This document shows, piece by piece, positions 14,704 through 18,089 of a stretch of 18,089 nt of DNA; position 1 is the first letter of the stretch; every line of letters starts with the position of its first letter. This DNA comes from Candidatus Woesearchaeota archaeon. Its GTDB lineage: Archaea; Nanobdellota; Nanobdellia; Pacearchaeales; GW2011-AR1. The stretch lies in the NCBI GenBank assembly GCA_964383885.1, contig CAYLHY010000008.1, positions 1 to 18,089 of the forward strand. Reading direction: 5' to 3'. The notes beneath the pieces were generated by a model. That model searched no databases, was not told the DNA's origin, and saw only the letters and a program-made list of their open reading frames with translations. Position numbers and translations under genes: made by a program.

Positions 14704-15234
14704 ATGCCAAACGGACATAATCAAAATCAAGAAAATGAGAATGAATTAAGAAGACAAGTTTCTTTGGTTACTTTAAATGATGATTATATTTCAGGAGTTG
14801 CTGTTTCAGCAATGGCTAGCCAAGAAGAGTATGGAAGATTACCTGAAGCAGTTTATGTAGGTTCAGTATCAAATACTCCAGGAGAACTTGCTTATAGAAG
14901 CTTGCTTCTTCAAGAACTTTTATCTGATGAAATCCCTGATAATACTTTAAAATTTAGAATTAAACAAAGAGCTAAAAGAATAGTCAATGAAGCAGTTGAA
15001 AATCTTAAAGTTAGAGATGTTTTTGACTTACATGGAATTGAAGTTAATGAAAATAATCAACAAATAGCAGAAAGATATCTTAGAGAATTAGATGATAATC
15101 AAAGAAATGCCTTAAAACATGTGTATCTTGCAAGTTATGTTGATGCTAGAATAGCTGGATATCTTTCTCAGAGAGTTAGTGCAAGAGTAAGAACAATTGA
15201 AGATTTATTTTCTCCTGAAAATCCTGAAGAATAA
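14704..15234 (+). CDS. Hypothetical protein (176 aa, helical, acidic).
   Basis: ATG start with its own TATA-like box. No recognisable motif. Convergent with the NTase-HEPN gene, 7-nt gap. Confidence 0.6.
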   Translation: MPNGHNQNQENENELRRQVSLVTLNDDYISGVAVSAMASQEEYGRLPEAVYVGSVSNTPGELAYRSLLLQELLSDEIPDNTLKFRIKQRAKRIVNEAVENLKVRDVFDLHGIEVNENNQQIAERYLRELDDNQRNALKHVYLASYVDARIAGYLSQRVSARVRTIEDLFSPENPEE

Positions 15235-15241
15235 GGTGTAA

Positions 15242-16168
15242 TTATGAAACAATTTCTTTTACTAGTTTAGCCATTACTTTAATGAATTCATCTGTTCTTT
15301 CCTGCCAATCATCTATAACTATTCCTCTTAATTCTCTTATTTCTCCGTGAGCAATTTTTTTATGAAGCGCAAGCAAGTCTCTAAACCAATCTACATATCT
15401 TGATTTTAACATTCCTTTGCTTACAAAAACCTGATTTAAATTAGAGGCGATATGTTCTGGGCTGGGTGGAGAGACATTAGCAGCAATTAGAGCAGCTTGT
15501 GCAGAATCAACCATTGCCCAATACAATCCTTCAATTGCGTTTAATTCAGCTGCTTTACTTCTTGCTAAATGCAAAGGAGCTCTTTGTAATGAATTATAAA
15601 CTGCTTCAGGAGTGTTTTTTATTCTTCCTTCAATTAAAAGAAATTTAAGAGGTTCAAAAAAACCAGCTAAATCTATCATTGCTTCTCCGTATCTTAAAAC
15701 ATTAATCACAACTGGATCTCCTTTCATTAAATCCTCCCACCAAGTGCTTAGTTTTACTGTGTTTATGTGAAGATTTTTTTCATAAGGATTTTCTTTAAGA
15801 ATTTTATCTAATTCCTCTCTATACCATGCTATTATTTCAGGAGTCCATTTAATTGAGACATCATCAATAATTATTATAATGTCTATATCTGAACCAGCAA
15901 CTGCAGTTTGTTTAGCTGTAGAGCCAAAAAGAATAATTGATTTTATTGTTTTTTGAAATTTTTTATAGACTTTTATTGCAAAATCCATTGCTATATCTGT
16001 GTCTTTTTTAAGCTTAAGAGTAGGAATGTTTTTAGCTTTAGCTTCTGCTTTTTTAAATGCTTCTTTGTCAATTTCTTCTAATTTCTGTTTTATGTTTTTA
16101 ACTGCTTTAGTTTTTGTTTTTTTTGTTTTAGTTTTAGAAGTTTTTTTAGAAGTTTTCTTTTTCACCAT
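15242..16168 (-). CDS. Single-chain nucleotidyltransferase plus HEPN-like domain protein (308 aa) with a Lys-rich N-terminal tail.
   Basis: NTase signature ILFGSTAKQTAVAGSDIDIIIIIDD (GS ... DxD). The C-terminal helical domain carries RDLLALH (R263-x5-H269), which fits the HEPN Rx4-6H motif. A TATA-like box lies about 26 nt upstream of the ATG. Confidence 0.85.
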   Translation of the reverse strand: MVKKKTSKKTSKTKTKKTKTKAVKNIKQKLEEIDKEAFKKAEAKAKNIPTLKLKKDTDIAMDFAIKVYKKFQKTIKSIILFGSTAKQTAVAGSDIDIIIIIDDVSIKWTPEIIAWYREELDKILKENPYEKNLHINTVKLSTWWEDLMKGDPVVINVLRYGEAMIDLAGFFEPLKFLLIEGRIKNTPEAVYNSLQRAPLHLARSKAAELNAIEGLYWAMVDSAQAALIAANVSPPSPEHIASNLNQVFVSKGMLKSRYVDWFRDLLALHKKIAHGEIRELRGIVIDDWQERTDEFIKVMAKLVKEIVS

Positions 16169-16277
16169 CTTTTTTATTCAGATTTTGATTTAAATTATAT
16201 GATTATTAGGATTTTTTAGTTTTTAAATTTAATTAATTCATTAACTTTTAGTGGTATTTTTGCAGTTTTTTAATTTT

Positions 16278-18089
16278 TTATTCCATTGGTTTTCCAGACA
16301 TTCTGCTTCCTGTTCCAGGAACATTTCCTCCTAACTCTATTGGCAGTTGTGAAAAACCAGCTCCAAACATTGCATAATTAGCTTGAGGGAGCATCATTCC
16401 AAATCCTCCAGTATAACCTTGATAAAGCCCTAATTTTTGATTCCAATAAGGTTCCTGCCCTGTTGCAAACATATTTGCTCCTAAACTTTCTAAAGCATAA
16501 GGAAAAGGGCTTATTCCAAAATGCTGAACAAATCCTCCAGCTTCTACTATTTTTTTAACTTCTATTCCTTCTTGTTCTAGTTTCTCTAGTATTTCTTTTA
16601 CAGGAACATTACCCATTCCAGGCGGAAGATGGCTATCAGAGTATCCAAAATTATCTGTAACATGAACATGTTTAATGTGTTTTGCAATTTCATTTATTTC
16701 TTTTAAAATATCTTCTTTTTCAAATCCTTTTTTTCTCATTATGTTCAAATGCCCCATATCAAAAGTAACTCCTATAACTTTATCTGCGTATTTTTTTGCT
16801 TCTGATTCAGACATTATTCCTTGAGAAACAGCTTTTTCTACGAATTTTTCTTTTGATTTTATTATTAAATCATTAAGTTCTTTGCCGTATGAAAAAGCCA
16901 TTCCAGGAAACATGTTTTCTATGCTGATTACAGGAGCTTTGTCTTTGTATTTTTTATAAGCATGTAATGCAACATTAGAAAAAGTTTCTGAGGATCTGTC
17001 TATTGCATACTCTTCTACAGGAGCATATAGTTTTGGTTGAATACTTGAAAGTCCAGCAATTAAATTTTGAAGAGCATTTGATAATTGAGGAATAAATTCT
17101 GAAGGAGATGCATATGCTTTTTTAAGTTCTTCTTTATATTGTTCTGCAAGTTTGTTTAATTTTTCAAGTGTTCTTTTATCCTTGTCCATTTTTGCGGTTT
17201 TATATGCTTTATTGAATAAAGAATTAACACTCTGTCTCACATCATCTAAATATGTTTGAGCATGGAAGATATTATTGTATGCTTGAATTTGAGTTGGAGT
17301 AAGCATATTCATAAGTTTAGCTCTTTCTTTTTCAGGAGATTGCATAATTTTATCAATAAGTTCTCGAGGAATAAATCTGAAATTTTCTTCAATAAGCCTG
17401 TCTGCATTTTCCTTATAATGAGATATTTGGGAAATAGAATTGCTCCATTCAGTATTATTTAAAGCTTCTAATTCATCTCTGGGAGTTAGAACATTTTTTA
17501 TTTTCTCTTCACCAGGATAAAATTTTTCTTCTTCTTGGAGAACAGTTGTTATTTTTCCTGTTTCTCTGTTTACAACAACTATTTTTTCTTCTTTTTTTCC
17601 TTTTTCTGTTTTTACATACTCGACTCCAGGAATTGCTCCTGCTCCGTGAATAGTTATAATCATGCCTCCTTTTTCATTTAAAGGAGAGGTTCTTTCAACT
17701 ACTTGCTTTAATTGTTCTTCTGCTGTTTTTCTCATTCCTTCATCATATCCTTGTTCAGTTATTCCAGATGCCTCAATTATAGGAGCGTGAACAGAAATTT
17801 CTGCGCCTGCTAATTTCGCTTTACGATTAATTTCTTTAAATAATTGCTTAGGAATCTGGTCAAAAACTTCTGGTCTTAATACTCCTACTTCAATAGGAAT
17901 TATTCCTTGATTAACAAGCATATTAACCTGAGCTATTTGATTAGCTGTGTCTGGTTTTGTAGGAGCACCAATTGCAGAAGCTGGAACATGGTAGCCAGTA
18001 AATAAATCTCCATAAGAAGAGTATTTTTCAGGATCTAATGTAGAGTAGCCTCCTTGATAAATTGGATTTATATAGTATTTTCCTGGCAT
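16278..18089 (-). CDS. Endonuclease-IV-like / xylose-isomerase-like TIM-barrel metalloprotein (603 aa or more) with a large helical insertion. The start coincides with the window edge.
   Basis: Ordered motifs parallel the E. coli Nfo metal ligands: ISVHAP, ITIHGAG, ISIENM, TFDMGH, HVHVTDN...SDSH..PGMG, IVEAG. The ATG occupies the last 3 nt of the window, so the true N-terminus cannot be verified. Confidence 0.8.
   Translation of the reverse strand: MPGKYYINPIYQGGYSTLDPEKYSSYGDLFTGYHVPASAIGAPTKPDTANQIAQVNMLVNQGIIPIEVGVLRPEVFDQIPKQLFKEINRKAKLAGAEISVHAPIIEASGITEQGYDEGMRKTAEEQLKQVVERTSPLNEKGGMIITIHGAGAIPGVEYVKTEKGKKEEKIVVVNRETGKITTVLQEEEKFYPGEEKIKNVLTPRDELEALNNTEWSNSISQISHYKENADRLIEENFRFIPRELIDKIMQSPEKERAKLMNMLTPTQIQAYNNIFHAQTYLDDVRQSVNSLFNKAYKTAKMDKDKRTLEKLNKLAEQYKEELKKAYASPSEFIPQLSNALQNLIAGLSSIQPKLYAPVEEYAIDRSSETFSNVALHAYKKYKDKAPVISIENMFPGMAFSYGKELNDLIIKSKEKFVEKAVSQGIMSESEAKKYADKVIGVTFDMGHLNIMRKKGFEKEDILKEINEIAKHIKHVHVTDNFGYSDSHLPPGMGNVPVKEILEKLEQEGIEVKKIVEAGGFVQHFGISPFPYALESLGANMFATGQEPYWNQKLGLYQGYTGGFGMMLPQANYAMFGAGFSQLPIELGGNVPGTGSRMSGKPME

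Noticed and set aside
15999-16193. 64-aa ORF antisense to the Lys-rich N-terminus of the NTase-HEPN gene.
   Set aside because: It is the antisense of poly-Lys codons (AAA/AAG), which gives Phe/Leu runs. There is no independent support.
17256-17462. 68-aa ORF antisense to the TIM-barrel gene insertion.
   Set aside because: It lies within a long, motif-supported ORF on the other strand and has no signals.
1-18089. CRISPR arrays or other regularly spaced repeat arrays.
   Set aside because: No series of 25-40 nt direct repeats with unique spacers is visible. The only repeats are the intragenic acidic-protein repeats and the tRNA-Gly trailer duplication.

Overview
This window is AT-rich (about 70% A+T by eye) and very compact. 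It is archaeal: it carries a group II chaperonin (thermosome), ribosomal proteins eL33/L35Ae and uL16/L10e, an intron-containing tRNA-Tyr with the archaeal C1-G72 pair, and TATA-like boxes about 25 nt upstream of many start codons. A small-genome DPANN-type archaeon is the best guess, but that is inference only. I support 22 protein genes, one unannotated 30-aa micro-ORF, three tRNAs (Tyr-GTA with a 75-nt intron, Gly-GCC, Val-TAC) and a GC-rich RNA-like fragment at the left edge. I see no CRISPR array, integrase, transposase or recognisable rRNA. All product calls come from motifs read by eye; no homology search was possible. The most interesting items are: (1) a tight co-directional cluster at 9952-13364 with a duplicated NTase/HEPN-like protein, a VTT/DedA-type membrane protein and two double PRC-barrel proteins, plus a second single-chain NTase-HEPN paralog with an intact Rx5H motif at 15242-16168; (2) an endonuclease-IV-like TIM-barrel protein that keeps all nine metal-ligand positions but carries an insertion of about 200 aa and a Gly/aromatic tail; (3) a tRNA-Tyr intron holding decoy copies of both anticodon-stem strands; (4) a tandem duplication of the tRNA-Gly 3' end plus trailer next to a convergent DUF4258-like/DUF2283-like pair; (5) two poly-acidic ORFs sharing an identical AAACGAGGT Shine-Dalgarno context in a genome that otherwise looks mostly leaderless.
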